A program made the position numbers and the translations under genes. From a bacterium (GTDB lineage: Bacteria; Patescibacteriota; Minisyncoccia; Phycocordibacterales; UBA9973), in contig JBAWZD010000001.1 in NCBI GenBank assembly GCA_037143195.1, positions 144,892 to 208,891 of the forward strand: DNA of 64,000 nt. Reading direction: 5' to 3'. Under the pieces are notes generated by a model. The model was not told the DNA's origin, searched no databases, and saw nothing but the letters and a program-made list of their open reading frames with translations. Positions 20,644 through 30,076 of the stretch are shown in pieces. Within the stretch, counting starts at the first letter, position 1. Each line of letters begins with the position of its first letter.

Positions 20644-20673
20644 AAAAAACGCCCGCTTTCGCGGGCATTTTTT
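20644..20673 (-). terminator. Bidirectional intrinsic terminator (gcccgc-tttc-gcgggc flanked by A and T runs). It ends the minus-strand efflux operon.
   Basis: A perfect 6-bp GC stem with T-tracts on both strands, immediately downstream of the 20692 stop. Confidence 0.75.
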
Positions 20674-20691
20674 CGTGCACTCTATTTTGAA

Positions 20692-21015
20692 TTATTTCTT
20701 TGGAGCAGGTGTTGTTGGAGGTATTGCCTGACCGACATCTGGTGCGCCAACATCGTTGCCGTATGTTGCGTAACCGCCGTCTACAGGGTAAACACCCATC
20801 ATGCCACCACCGTAGTAGCGATGACCAAACAAATCACCACGACTCTCGAGCATTCCTTTGAGTTCACCCATTTTGAAGGCAAAGAGAAATACAACTGCGA
20901 GAAGCGCGATTCGAATAGCCCACTTCATCATGTGCTTATGATTATGGTAGCACCCGTGATCACACCCGCCACACATTTGACCATGTCCACCGCATACATT
21001 TTTTTCGTTTTCCAT
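20692..21015 (-). CDS. Small Cys/His-rich single-pass membrane protein with a Gly/Tyr-rich C-terminus
   Basis: The N-terminus is 'CGGHGQMCGGCDHGCYHNHKH' (containing HxxxCxxC), followed by a TM helix. It is the last gene of the sigma/efflux operon. Confidence 0.55.
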   Translation of the reverse strand: MENEKNVCGGHGQMCGGCDHGCYHNHKHMMKWAIRIALLAVVFLFAFKMGELKGMLESRGDLFGHRYYGGGMMGVYPVDGGYATYGNDVGAPDVGQAIPPTTPAPKK

Positions 21016-21069
21016 AAATTTTTTGTTGATTAACTAATTAATATATTTATTATATCACTGTTTCGTTTT

Positions 21070-21522
21070 TTACTGCGCCTGACCTTGTGCAGGTAGACCT
21101 GCTCCAACAGGCATAGCTGGACGAATTTGTACTGTCTGTGCAGTAACGCTTCCGTCAGTATTCTGTGTTCCGATTACTGAAATGTTTGTGCCGACGGTGA
21201 CATCGCTTGCCGTACCTGCTGCGCTCTTTGAGACCTGTGTCGATCCAGTGTAGAGTACAATCTTCGTGCTACCATCACGCATTTTGACCGTCATACTCGT
21301 GTCATCTTTTGAGAGGACGCTTCCAGTCACGACTCCGCCTCCTGCTCCGAATCGTCCACCCATGCGTCCACCATTCATGCCCGCGCCACCACGATTCTGT
21401 GCGAAGGCGTTCTTGGCGACAGTTTGTCCGTGACTACTACCAATAAAGTATGAGCCGATGACGAGAACAACACTAACGACAATCCAAACCATCATGTGCT
21501 TTTTGTATTTTTGTTCGTTCAT
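21070..21522 (-). CDS. Secreted or anchored Gly-rich protein with a small beta-rich (DUF5666-like) domain. Paralog of 25301..25789.
   Basis: Signal-anchor, a GGAGMNGGRMGGRFGAGGG tract, and a C-terminal domain that aligns with the 25301 protein (shared G-V-S....T..V.....D....K.V......T.V pattern). Confidence 0.55.
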   Translation of the reverse strand: MNEQKYKKHMMVWIVVSVVLVIGSYFIGSSHGQTVAKNAFAQNRGGAGMNGGRMGGRFGAGGGVVTGSVLSKDDTSMTVKMRDGSTKIVLYTGSTQVSKSAAGTASDVTVGTNISVIGTQNTDGSVTAQTVQIRPAMPVGAGLPAQGQAQ

Positions 21523-21550
21523 AAAATAATTACAATTATAAATAATAAAA

Positions 21551-22774
21551 TTACTCGTAGCGCAAAGCCTCGATCGGGCTTAATTTCGCTGCTCGACTGG
21601 CTGGATACCATCCGAAGATGATACCGATACTAGCCGACACACCGAATGCGAGGAGTATTGAAGAAATGGACACTTGCGTTTGGATGATGCCGAGACTTGT
21701 GACCAGATAGGCGATACCTGCTCCCAAGATGACACCAATCACTCCGCCGGTGAACGTAAGTGCGACTGATTCAGTCAAGAATTGGAGACTAATGTCGCTT
21801 GGTTTTGCACCGATAGCTTTGCGCAGACCGATCTCGCGCGTACGTTCGGTGACAGTGGTCAACATCATGTTCATGATTCCGATGCCTCCAACAAGCAGCG
21901 AGATACCAGCGACCGCAGCGAGCAACACAGTGAACGTGCTTGTAACACTTGATGCCGTAGCGATGATGTCTGATTGATTGAGTACGGAAAAGTCTGCTTG
22001 TGTTGCATCGCTGATATGGTGTCGCGCGAGGAGAAGCGCTGTAGCGTCGGTCTGGACTTGCGTCGTCATCGTAGAATCACTTGCCGACAAATCGATTTCG
22101 GTGAGATATTGATTTCCGGTCAGGTAATGTTGCGCTGTTGTGTATGGGATATAAACAGTGTCGTCGCTATTGGTAAAACCAGAACCCCCTTTTGATTTTG
22201 TCACACCGATTACTTTGAACTCAACACCTTTGATGCGAATGACTTGACCGATCGCTTCAGAACCAACACCAAAGAGGTCGTCACGTGTCGTCGGACCAAG
22301 CACTGCAACTTTTGCCGAACTTGTAATATTGCTATCACTCAGGAATGATCCCTCGTCGATAGTAACGTTGCGAATCACTGAATAGGTGGGTGTCGTTCCG
22401 ACGATGCTCGTGTTTGTATTTGTTCCTTTTGCAGTGACTTGTGTACGAGTCGAAACATCGAGCGACACACCTGCGGTGTTTGCGATTGATGTCTGGAGCG
22501 CTTGTCCGTCCTGCACTGTGAGTGTTTGTGCGCTTCCGCGTCCCGCTGAAGGTCCACCACCAAACGTGCGTTGTGCTCCTGGGGTAATGATGACGAGGTT
22601 TGATCCAATCGATTGGATACTTGATTGAATCGAGCTCTTGGCACCATTTCCGATTGCGACCATGGCGATAACCGAACTAATACCGATGATGATACCGAGC
22701 ATCGTAAGTCCTGTACGAACTTTGTTCGCAGTGAGCGCAGCGTAGGTCTCTTCGAGAATATCAATTGTTTTCAT
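21551..22774 (-). CDS. ABC transporter permease, MacB/FtsX-like
   Basis: N-terminal TM segment, a large periplasmic domain and a C-terminal FtsX-type 3-TM bundle. It is adjacent to the ABC ATPase. Confidence 0.85.
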   Translation of the reverse strand: MKTIDILEETYAALTANKVRTGLTMLGIIIGISSVIAMVAIGNGAKSSIQSSIQSIGSNLVIITPGAQRTFGGGPSAGRGSAQTLTVQDGQALQTSIANTAGVSLDVSTRTQVTAKGTNTNTSIVGTTPTYSVIRNVTIDEGSFLSDSNITSSAKVAVLGPTTRDDLFGVGSEAIGQVIRIKGVEFKVIGVTKSKGGSGFTNSDDTVYIPYTTAQHYLTGNQYLTEIDLSASDSTMTTQVQTDATALLLARHHISDATQADFSVLNQSDIIATASSVTSTFTVLLAAVAGISLLVGGIGIMNMMLTTVTERTREIGLRKAIGAKPSDISLQFLTESVALTFTGGVIGVILGAGIAYLVTSLGIIQTQVSISSILLAFGVSASIGIIFGWYPASRAAKLSPIEALRYE

Positions 22775-22782
22775 AAAAAGTG

Positions 22783-23490
22783 TTAGTCGATCTTTGCGAT
22801 ACGTTGCTTGTGATTTTTTGAATCTTCGATCAGTTCACCGTCTTTGATGAACAGAATGCGTTCGGCGTGCTCGGCGACATCACGTTCGTGGGTAATGAGT
22901 ACAATTGTGCGCCCTTTTTCTTTGTTTAATTTTTGAAATGTTCCGAGCACAATTTCGCCGGTACGTGTATCGAGGTTTCCAGTTGGTTCATCGGCGAGAA
23001 TAAGTGATGGATCATTCACGAGCGCACGAGCGATCGCGACACGTTGAATTTGTCCGCCAGAGAGCTGGTTTGATTTGTGCTCGAAATGTGTTTCGCTCAT
23101 TCCGGCCGAGAGTAGTGCTTCTCGTGCACGAGTGATACGCTCAGCGCTCGGTACACCTTCATAGATGAGCGGAAGCATAACATTGCGCAAGACGGTCGTG
23201 CGCGGAAGCAAGTTGAACGCTTGAAACACGAATCCGATTTTGTCTTTGCGGATGTCTGCAAGCTCGACTTCTGAAAGGGAAGAGACATCTTTGCCATCAA
23301 GGAGATATTGTCCCGACGTCGGTGTGTCGAGTGCACCAAGAATATGCATCAATGTTGATTTTCCCGAACCAGACGGACCCATGACAGCGACGAATTCTCC
23401 GTCTTTGATTGTAAACGTGATACCTTTGAGCGCAGTAAAAGTAATATCTCCGTTCGAGTATGTTTTGGTAATGTTTTTGATTTCTATCAT
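22783..23490 (-). CDS. ABC transporter ATP-binding protein (MacB/LolD-type)
   Basis: Walker A 'GPSGSGKST', signature '[15 protein letters not shown]' and Walker B '[11 protein letters not shown]'. The start is taken at the [11 protein letters not shown] methionine. Confidence 0.9.
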   Translation of the reverse strand: MIEIKNITKTYSNGDITFTALKGITFTIKDGEFVAVMGPSGSGKSTLMHILGALDTPTSGQYLLDGKDVSSLSEVELADIRKDKIGFVFQAFNLLPRTTVLRNVMLPLIYEGVPSAERITRAREALLSAGMSETHFEHKSNQLSGGQIQRVAIARALVNDPSLILADEPTGNLDTRTGEIVLGTFQKLNKEKGRTIVLITHERDVAEHAERILFIKDGELIEDSKNHKQRIAKID

Positions 23491-23491
23491 T

Positions 23492-25294
23492 TTATTTTGC
23501 CACTCCGCGAAGTGCTCCTGTGCCGCCGCTTGCACCACCGCGATTTGCGCCACCACCGAGAAGTGACGGTGCCGAACTCGTGGTCGTTGTAGTTGTTGCA
23601 ACTATTGAACGAGTCACGATTTGTTGACCTGCGGTAAGTCCCGAAATTATTTCTGTATTCGTATCATCTGAGATTCCTGTGGTGACGGGGATTTGCTCGG
23701 GGGTAGTTGATGAAGTCACACCAGTTTGGCCGGTTGCAGGTGTTGTGTTTGTGAGAGCCGGAACGAAGGCGAGAACGTAACTACCGGAGTTGTTTGTTTT
23801 GACTGCGCTTGATGGCACCGTCAATACGTCTGGATGAACATCGGTAATAATTGATGCTGTTGTACTCATACCAGGGAGCACACGGGGGTCAGTTGAATCA
23901 AAAGAGATTGTGACCGTGTAATTGACGACACCTGATGTGACTGTTCCAACGGTATCGATAGCGGCGACTTTGCCGGTGAGTGTGAGACCGTCAACTGCAT
24001 CAAAGGTGAGTGTGGCCTTGTCTCCGATTTTTACTTTTGAAACATCAACTTCATTGAGCGGAATATCGACGACTTGATCGGTAGCAATGAGTGTGGCGAC
24101 TGCTGTACCGCTCGATGCTGGGTCACCAGGAAGTACATTTACTTTTGCGAGTGTGCCAGAAAATGGAGCGCGCACAGAATAGTTTGCGAGCGTTGCGTTT
24201 GCATCGATCAAAGCATTTTGGGCTTTTTGGACTGAGAGTTGTGCTGATTGAATATCAAGCGGATTCGCACCGTTTTGTAATTCTTTGAGAGATGTTTGCT
24301 TTTCTGGAATCGAAGTTACGTTTGTATCGATTGTGTTTTTGACCGAAAGGAGATTACTCAAATGCGTATTGATTTTGGACATGAGTGAATCAATCGTTGT
24401 AAGTGAAGTATCTGATTTTGGATTAGGTGTTCTGTTTTGTGCAGTGAGTGTATTTTGATAATAACGAACGAGGTTATCGTAGCTCTTTAGTGCGTCTGCA
24501 AGTGTCTGTGATGTCGCGTATGTTTCATTGATGAGGGCGACGATTGTGTCAGTATTTGAGTTGCGGTCTGCATTTTTGTAGTCAGCAAAATTTCTATCGT
24601 ACGCTTTTTTCGCGACAAGATATTTTGCTTCAGCATCATTTTCAAACTGCACTGCCTTTCCAGCGTCTGCTTGAAGTTCGAATGAAGTTGCAACAGTTTG
24701 ATAATAATCACTGTTGGATTGAACCGGACTTGCCCCGTTTGCGTCCGTGGCGTGAAGTGCACTATCGAGCCCCGTAATTGCTGGAGGAAGATCAATAAAA
24801 CTACTTGAAACTTCAGTTAGTCCATCGTTGTATGCCTTCTTGAGACTTGTTGTCGCTTGATCGAGCGCATTCTGTGCTTGAAGCAACGTGAGTGAATCAG
24901 TTGGTTGCTGGACTTTTGCCAGCGCTATTTTTGCACTATCAAGATTGGCCTGTGCATCACGCACTGCCTTCGTTGCGTCGGTTGCGTCAAGCGCAACAAT
25001 CAGGTCACCCTCTGACACTGATTGTCCAGCTTTCTTGGGAACATACGTCACAGTGCCTGAGGCCTGCGGCTTGAGATCAAGTTGGCGACTTGCCGATACT
25101 TGTCCGCTTCCAGTAATCGATGCAACGATTGTTCCTGTTTCAACACTTCCAAGTACGTATGTTGTTTGTCCTGCCGTGCTCGTGATTTTGCTGTACGCAT
25201 AATATCCGACGAGGAGGACTGCAACTGTGATTGCGATGCTTGTTTTTTTGTGGCTACTAATATACGTACGTACTTGAGTGATGAATGTGTTCAT
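23492..25294 (-). CDS. HlyD/MacA-family periplasmic adaptor (membrane-fusion protein) with a long coiled-coil and a Thr-rich C-terminal tail
   Basis: Signal-anchor, a biotinyl-lipoyl-like region 'GTVTYVPKKAGQSVSEGDLIVALD', a long alpha-helical hairpin and a beta-barrel region. Its stop abuts the ATPase start. Confidence 0.8.
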   Translation of the reverse strand: MNTFITQVRTYISSHKKTSIAITVAVLLVGYYAYSKITSTAGQTTYVLGSVETGTIVASITGSGQVSASRQLDLKPQASGTVTYVPKKAGQSVSEGDLIVALDATDATKAVRDAQANLDSAKIALAKVQQPTDSLTLLQAQNALDQATTSLKKAYNDGLTEVSSSFIDLPPAITGLDSALHATDANGASPVQSNSDYYQTVATSFELQADAGKAVQFENDAEAKYLVAKKAYDRNFADYKNADRNSNTDTIVALINETYATSQTLADALKSYDNLVRYYQNTLTAQNRTPNPKSDTSLTTIDSLMSKINTHLSNLLSVKNTIDTNVTSIPEKQTSLKELQNGANPLDIQSAQLSVQKAQNALIDANATLANYSVRAPFSGTLAKVNVLPGDPASSGTAVATLIATDQVVDIPLNEVDVSKVKIGDKATLTFDAVDGLTLTGKVAAIDTVGTVTSGVVNYTVTISFDSTDPRVLPGMSTTASIITDVHPDVLTVPSSAVKTNNSGSYVLAFVPALTNTTPATGQTGVTSSTTPEQIPVTTGISDDTNTEIISGLTAGQQIVTRSIVATTTTTTSSAPSLLGGGANRGGASGGTGALRGVAK

Positions 25295-25300
25295 AAATAA

Positions 25301-25789
25301 TTATTGTTGGATAGTGTCGATTGGAACTATTGGTGGCGGTGGAAGCACTCGAATAAATTTTGCGCTGACTTCGGTCTTGTCGTTTGGAGATCCGATTGTT
25401 ACAACGAAGTCGCCAGCTTGCAGTATGTCGGGAGTAATCGTTGTTCGAAGCTTGCGGATAACAGTGTCTGGATTGATTCGAACGACTTTTTCAACGTTGT
25501 CATCATCTGCCACAACGAATGTGGGAAGGTTGAGACTGACGATCTTACCGGACACACCGTGCGACGGAGACATGTCATCAGACAAAACCCCAGGGCCATG
25601 ATGTCCGCTCCCAGGCCCGAACGTTCCATAATAATTGTCTCCAAATTTGTAACTAAATGCTGCCTTGTTGAAACCAACCTGCATTCCTGACCAAAACGCT
25701 ACGACAATAATAAATGTGATTGCGAGCGTTGCGAGCACGGTGTGTGTTGATTTCGAACGAAGCTGTGATTTGATTGATTCTGTATTCAT
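25301..25789 (-). CDS. Membrane-anchored small beta-rich (DUF5666-like) protein. Paralog of 21070..21522.
   Basis: A TM helix and a domain alignable to the 21070 protein, with a PPPP tail. Confidence 0.5.
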   Translation of the reverse strand: MNTESIKSQLRSKSTHTVLATLAITFIIVVAFWSGMQVGFNKAAFSYKFGDNYYGTFGPGSGHHGPGVLSDDMSPSHGVSGKIVSLNLPTFVVADDDNVEKVVRINPDTVIRKLRTTITPDILQAGDFVVTIGSPNDKTEVSAKFIRVLPPPPIVPIDTIQQ

Positions 25790-25801
25790 AAAAATTATAT
25801 G

Positions 25802-26209
25802 TTATGCGTGGGCGACAGTGAGCATTGAAATAGTCGTTTGTTTTGCAAATTTTCGCATCGACCAAATCGCAAGGCCAATACTTCCGACAAGGAGCAATGT
25901 TCCAAATACGGGAAGCGATTCGACGAGTGAAAGTCCGAGATCTTTCCACCAAAGTGAGATAGAGCCCATGTCAGAAAATATGAGCGAGAAGTAATTGCTA
26001 AAACTTGAAACGGCGAAGGCGTGAACAGTGTAGATACTTGAGAAGGCGAGGACGGCGATTGAAGCGATAGACAACGATCCCCAGAGTGTACGGCGGAATG
26101 CATATTCACGCTGTTGTGCATTGTGAATGCTCAAAAAAACACGCTCTTCGAGTCCGTCTGGAATCTCGATCGTGTGTGCGTTTTGGAATAGTGTTGAGAC
26201 GTCTTTCAT
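25802..26209 (-). CDS. Putative membrane-bound anti-sigma factor (45-aa cytoplasmic N-terminus, 3 TM)
   Basis: It lies immediately downstream of the ECF sigma gene. AGAGAG precedes the 26209 ATG. There is no zinc-finger motif. Confidence 0.4.
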   Translation of the reverse strand: MKDVSTLFQNAHTIEIPDGLEERVFLSIHNAQQREYAFRRTLWGSLSIASIAVLAFSSIYTVHAFAVSSFSNYFSLIFSDMGSISLWWKDLGLSLVESLPVFGTLLLVGSIGLAIWSMRKFAKQTTISMLTVAHA

Positions 26210-26263
26210 GGTTACTCTCTTTATACGAACTGAATTGATAATTTGGTGCATATTTCTAAGGTC

Positions 26264-26836
26264 TTAGGGTGATTTTTCGATGAATTCTCGAAGTTTTGCC
26301 ATTGCGCGACGATGTCGACTTTTGACGGTATTGAGTGGTTTTTTGAGTATTTTGCCTATGGCATCAAAGGTGAGACCGTCAGAATAGTGCAAAATCAGGA
26401 TTTCTCGGTCGTCGATTGGGATGACTTCGAGGGCACTTTCGACGAGCTGTTTACTCTCTGCCTTTTCGATCAAATTGTCGGGGAGCGTATCGGGGTCGCT
26501 CACTGTTTCGGCAAGCATGTTTTTGCCCTCGATCGTATCGAAGTCAGAAACGACGGGCATTTTCTTTTTGCGCAAATAATCGATTGCAGTGTTTCGGGCA
26601 ATCGCAAAAATCCACGATTTGAATGTGTTTGTCGTTCGGTATCGTCCGAGCACTTTCCAGACTTTTACGAATGTTTCTTGGGTGACATCATCTGCGCTTG
26701 CTTCTGAACCTGTCATGCGCCGAGAAAATACGAAGATTTGATTGAGATATCGCTTGACCAGTTCGTCGAAAGCGCTTTGATTTCCTGCTCTATATTGGAG
26801 AATGAGTTCGTCATCTGAATTTTCCATTCTGCGCAT
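26264..26836 (-). CDS. ECF-type RNA polymerase sigma-70 factor
   Basis: Region 2 'DDVTQETFVKVWK' and region 4 'LTFDAIGKILKKPLNTVKSRHRRAMAKLR' are present. The start is uncertain (26836 or 26827); the 26914 start of the ORF track is unlikely. Confidence 0.85.
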   Translation of the reverse strand: MRRMENSDDELILQYRAGNQSAFDELVKRYLNQIFVFSRRMTGSEASADDVTQETFVKVWKVLGRYRTTNTFKSWIFAIARNTAIDYLRKKKMPVVSDFDTIEGKNMLAETVSDPDTLPDNLIEKAESKQLVESALEVIPIDDREILILHYSDGLTFDAIGKILKKPLNTVKSRHRRAMAKLREFIEKSP

Positions 26837-26890
26837 TCTACCATATTCGAGGTTGAGTGAGACGAATGAATAGGGTACAATACGCGAATT

Positions 26891-27898
26891 ATGGATACAG
26901 CAAAACTCAAACAAACAGCATTACAAATGGTCGCAAAAGGCAAGGGTATTTTGGCTGCCGACGAAAGTAACGGTACCTGTAACAAGCGTTTTAACACACT
27001 CGGTATTCCTGAGACAGAGGAGATGCGTCGTACATGGCGCGATTTGCTTTTGACGACTGAGGGCAACGAACAGTATCTCTCCGGTGTTATTTTGTTTGAT
27101 GAGACTATCCGCCAGAAGGCATCTGATGGCACTCCGTTTACTGAAGTACTTTTGAAAAAGGGCATCATTCCAGGCATCAAAGTCGACAAAGGACCAGTTG
27201 ACCTTGCTGGTCATCCGGGTGAGGTTGTTACCTCAGGTCTCGATGGCTTGCGTGAGCGTTTTGCCGAATATAAAGCAATGGGAGCAGGTTTTGCAAAATG
27301 GCGTGCAGTTGTCACGATTGATACTGAAAAGAATTTGCCTACGGACGCATGTCTTCGTGCAAACGCAGACGTCCTTGCATTGTACGCACTCCTCGCACAA
27401 GAGGCTGGTATTGTGCCAATGCTTGAGCCTGAGGTGATTCTCGATGGTGCACACACTATCGCAACAGCCGAGGCTGTAACTGCGCGCGCAATCAAAGTAC
27501 TCTTTGAAGAAATGAAAAAATACGACGTCTACCTCCCTGGAGTTATTTTGAAGACAAGTATGGTTGTGCCAGGAAAGAAAAGTGGCGAAGCTATGGTCGC
27601 GACTGACGTCGCGACCCGCACAGCCCGCGTCCTCAAAGAAAACGTTCCCGCAGAAGTTGGCGGAGTCGTCTTCCTTTCCGGTGGGCAATCGTCTCTCGAA
27701 GCAACACAAAACCTAAATGAAATCGCAAAGTGTGGACCATATCCATGGGGCGTCACGTATTCATATTCACGCGGTATCCAACAGCCAGTCCTCGATCTGT
27801 GGAAAGGAGATGTTTCAAAGACTGCCGAAGCAAAAATCGTTTACATGAAGCGCCTCGCAGAATCAAGTGCTGCATCACTTGGTACCTATGGAGCCTAG
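26891..27898 (+). CDS. fba: Fructose-bisphosphate aldolase, class I (eukaryotic/Schiff-base type)
   Basis: 'GILAADESNGT' is the class I FBA signature and the catalytic Lys region 'ILKTSMV' is present. TACAAT lies 9 nt upstream of the ATG. Confidence 0.85.
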   Translation: MDTAKLKQTALQMVAKGKGILAADESNGTCNKRFNTLGIPETEEMRRTWRDLLLTTEGNEQYLSGVILFDETIRQKASDGTPFTEVLLKKGIIPGIKVDKGPVDLAGHPGEVVTSGLDGLRERFAEYKAMGAGFAKWRAVVTIDTEKNLPTDACLRANADVLALYALLAQEAGIVPMLEPEVILDGAHTIATAEAVTARAIKVLFEEMKKYDVYLPGVILKTSMVVPGKKSGEAMVATDVATRTARVLKENVPAEVGGVVFLSGGQSSLEATQNLNEIAKCGPYPWGVTYSYSRGIQQPVLDLWKGDVSKTAEAKIVYMKRLAESSAASLGTYGA

Positions 27899-28322
27899 AC
27901 TCGAAGAACGTTCCTATGGAGTAGTTACCGTTTATCGAAACAGCGGAGAGGATTTGTATTTGCTTGTGCACCAACACAACGACAAGTGGAGCTTTCCAAA
28001 AGGACACGTTGAAGGAAACGAATCTCCGATTGAGACTGCACGACGTGAGCTGTTTGAAGAATGTGCAATCGCCGACGTGGAGATCATTCCCAATCACACA
28101 CTTCGTGATGAATATGATTTCAAACGTGACGGAATTATTCCTGTTCACAAGATAAATGAATACTTCATTGGCTTTGTACGATCAATGCAAGTCACTCCGC
28201 AAGCGGGGGAAATCAACGAATGTCGTTTTGCTTCTTTTGATGAAGCGCTCAAGCTTCTTCGTTTTCCCGAGAACAAGCAAGTACTCATCAACGCGCGTGC
28301 GCTCCTTGCGACCATACAATAG
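27888..28322 (+). CDS. NUDIX hydrolase
   Basis: Nudix box 'GHVEGNESPIETARRELFEECA'. The start is the ATG at 27888, which overlaps the fba end. Confidence 0.8.
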   Translation: MEPRLEERSYGVVTVYRNSGEDLYLLVHQHNDKWSFPKGHVEGNESPIETARRELFEECAIADVEIIPNHTLRDEYDFKRDGIIPVHKINEYFIGFVRSMQVTPQAGEINECRFASFDEALKLLRFPENKQVLINARALLATIQ

Positions 28323-28359
28323 CGTTTGATTCCGTGTTTGCGGTATACTATTCATAGCA

Positions 28360-29235
28360 ATGAAGAAGATTTTTGGAATACTCATCGGTGTCTGTATGCT
28401 TGGCGTTTTTGCTGTGGCTATTCCTGCGTATGCGACGACCGGTTTCGTTAATTCTCCGATTTGGATTAGTCCAGACAAGCCAAGCGAAGGTCAGAACGTA
28501 ACACTCTCGGCAGTGTTCCACAATTCGGAAACGGAAACGATCTCAGGAAGTATTCTTTTTTATGATGAAAACACACTTCTGTCTGAGAAGCCGATCACGC
28601 TTCGACCTGACGAAGTTGCTACCATAACTACATCGTTTACTATTTCTGCCGGCGCACATATTTTTTCTGCCAAGACCAAAAATTTGTCACAGGTCTCGAG
28701 TACGGGTACGCTCGAAGTGCTCTCGGTGCCTGTTGCGACCGTTGAACTTCCACCACAATTTATCCCGAAATCAATCGTCTCAACCAATAACGGAAACGGG
28801 GTGGGAGATGTGACAAAAGTAATCCTCAAGCAAGTCGACAAGGCACAGTCGGCCGTACTTTCATCTGTGCCACCTGCAACAAAAAAGCAAATCAGTACGA
28901 CAGCGAATACTGTCGACAATTGGCGTAGCGATACGGCTGATACATTTACCAAAGTGCGCGACAATGCAAAAGCGTCACTCGACCAAGCCAAAAATCCCAC
29001 CAAAAAAGTAGCAACGAAAGTCGCACCCAAAGGTCCGTTCACATATCTTCTCTATTTGTTGTTCAGTTTTCTTTCGTTTTTGTTTTCATCGCCAGTCATT
29101 TTTTATCTCACCGGACTTCTCATTGTGTATTTCATACTTCGTTATCTGTACCTAAAAATCCGCAATCGAAACAAGAAACCGAGTTCGAGCAAGAAGGGAA
29201 GTCGCAGTTCTTCGCGCGACAATCACGACGAGTAG
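28360..29235 (+). CDS. Hypothetical exported protein with a C-terminal membrane anchor and a basic tail
   Basis: Signal peptide, then two C-terminal TM segments, then 'RNRNKKPSSSKKGSRSSSRDNHDE'. Confidence 0.5.
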   Translation: MKKIFGILIGVCMLGVFAVAIPAYATTGFVNSPIWISPDKPSEGQNVTLSAVFHNSETETISGSILFYDENTLLSEKPITLRPDEVATITTSFTISAGAHIFSAKTKNLSQVSSTGTLEVLSVPVATVELPPQFIPKSIVSTNNGNGVGDVTKVILKQVDKAQSAVLSSVPPATKKQISTTANTVDNWRSDTADTFTKVRDNAKASLDQAKNPTKKVATKVAPKGPFTYLLYLLFSFLSFLFSSPVIFYLTGLLIVYFILRYLYLKIRNRNKKPSSSKKGSRSSSRDNHDE

Positions 29236-29300
29236 TTTATCGAAATGAAAAACGCCTCCCATTTGAATGAGAGGACGTTTGACATGTTTACCCTAGGTGT

Positions 29301-29690
29301 TTATAGGGGCCATTTAAAGGGGAAATTAATCACCATTTTAACTTTGTTTTCCAGACGCCACTGTTCCAGTAGGTCCAGAACTTTGTAGTTTTCGGGTATA
29401 AACCCGATCACTAAATACAAGTTAAAGTTTCCTTCAATTTTTAGCTCGGTGACCCGCTCAACAAAATCGAATGCATTTTCCAGCTCACCAGGAGAGTTCT
29501 CGTAGTTGGATTTTATGAATACGTCAATTTGTGACGTATCCTTCTTTAAAATTTCTAAAAAATTATCAAACCCCTCATCGAAGTTTGAATTTTCTATCAC
29601 AATATTGTATTGCTCGCTGTTTTCCAGCGTCATTCTCATGACGAGTAAAGAGATTTTATCGTCGTCGATACATAGTGCCAATGTATTCAT
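29301..29690 (-). CDS. Stand-alone response-regulator receiver (CheY-like) domain protein, AT-rich
   Basis: Matches the receiver-domain layout: 'LALCIDDDKISLL', 'QIDVFIKSN' and 'INFPFKWPL'. There is no output domain. Confidence 0.45.
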   Translation of the reverse strand: MNTLALCIDDDKISLLVMRMTLENSEQYNIVIENSNFDEGFDNFLEILKKDTSQIDVFIKSNYENSPGELENAFDFVERVTELKIEGNFNLYLVIGFIPENYKVLDLLEQWRLENKVKMVINFPFKWPL

Positions 29691-29799
29691 AAAAAATGGT
29701 TTGTACAATAAGAGCATTTTGATTTTGTTTTGTCAATATTTAGCTCCGAAACAAAGAGATATTTTGGAACTCCCGCGCATATCTGTATAATGGACGAAT

Positions 29800-30075
29800 A
29801 TGTCACTGCGCCTCTTCTGTACGCTATTTCTCATCCTTTCGGTGTGCGCATTTCCGTTTTTTTTCACTGCAGGCATCGGCCTATTCGCGATTATTTGGTT
29901 TCGAGGATATTTTGAGATTATCCCAATCGTCTTTCTCTCCGATGTATTGTATGGAGTACCGCTCCACCGATTTCTATTCTTCCCATACGTGACGACGCTC
30001 ATTGCGCTTGGATGTGTGCTTCTCTCTGTGCTGATTCGTCGCTATCTTTCAGACGATACCGTGCTCCATATTTAG
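29800..30075 (+). CDS. Small polytopic membrane protein (possibly MreD-like), translationally coupled to PBP2
   Basis: Three hydrophobic helices. Its stop lies 1 nt before the PBP2 ATG. TGtTATAAT lies 8 nt upstream. Confidence 0.4.
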   Translation: MSLRLFCTLFLILSVCAFPFFFTAGIGLFAIIWFRGYFEIIPIVFLSDVLYGVPLHRFLFFPYVTTLIALGCVLLSVLIRRYLSDDTVLHI

Positions 30076-30076
30076 A

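Noticed and set aside
20692-21015. Calling the Cys/His-rich protein a bona fide ZAS anti-sigma factor
   Set aside because: The HxxxCxxC motif is present, but the cytoplasmic segment is only about 28 aa, too short for an anti-sigma domain. The gene is also five genes away from the sigma gene. It is kept only as a metal-binding membrane peptide.
26837-26890. ECF-type promoter (CGTCT -10) upstream of the sigma gene on the minus strand
   Set aside because: A CGTCT pentamer is present, but there is no convincing GGAAC-like -35 within the 54-bp divergent region. Sequence support is insufficient.
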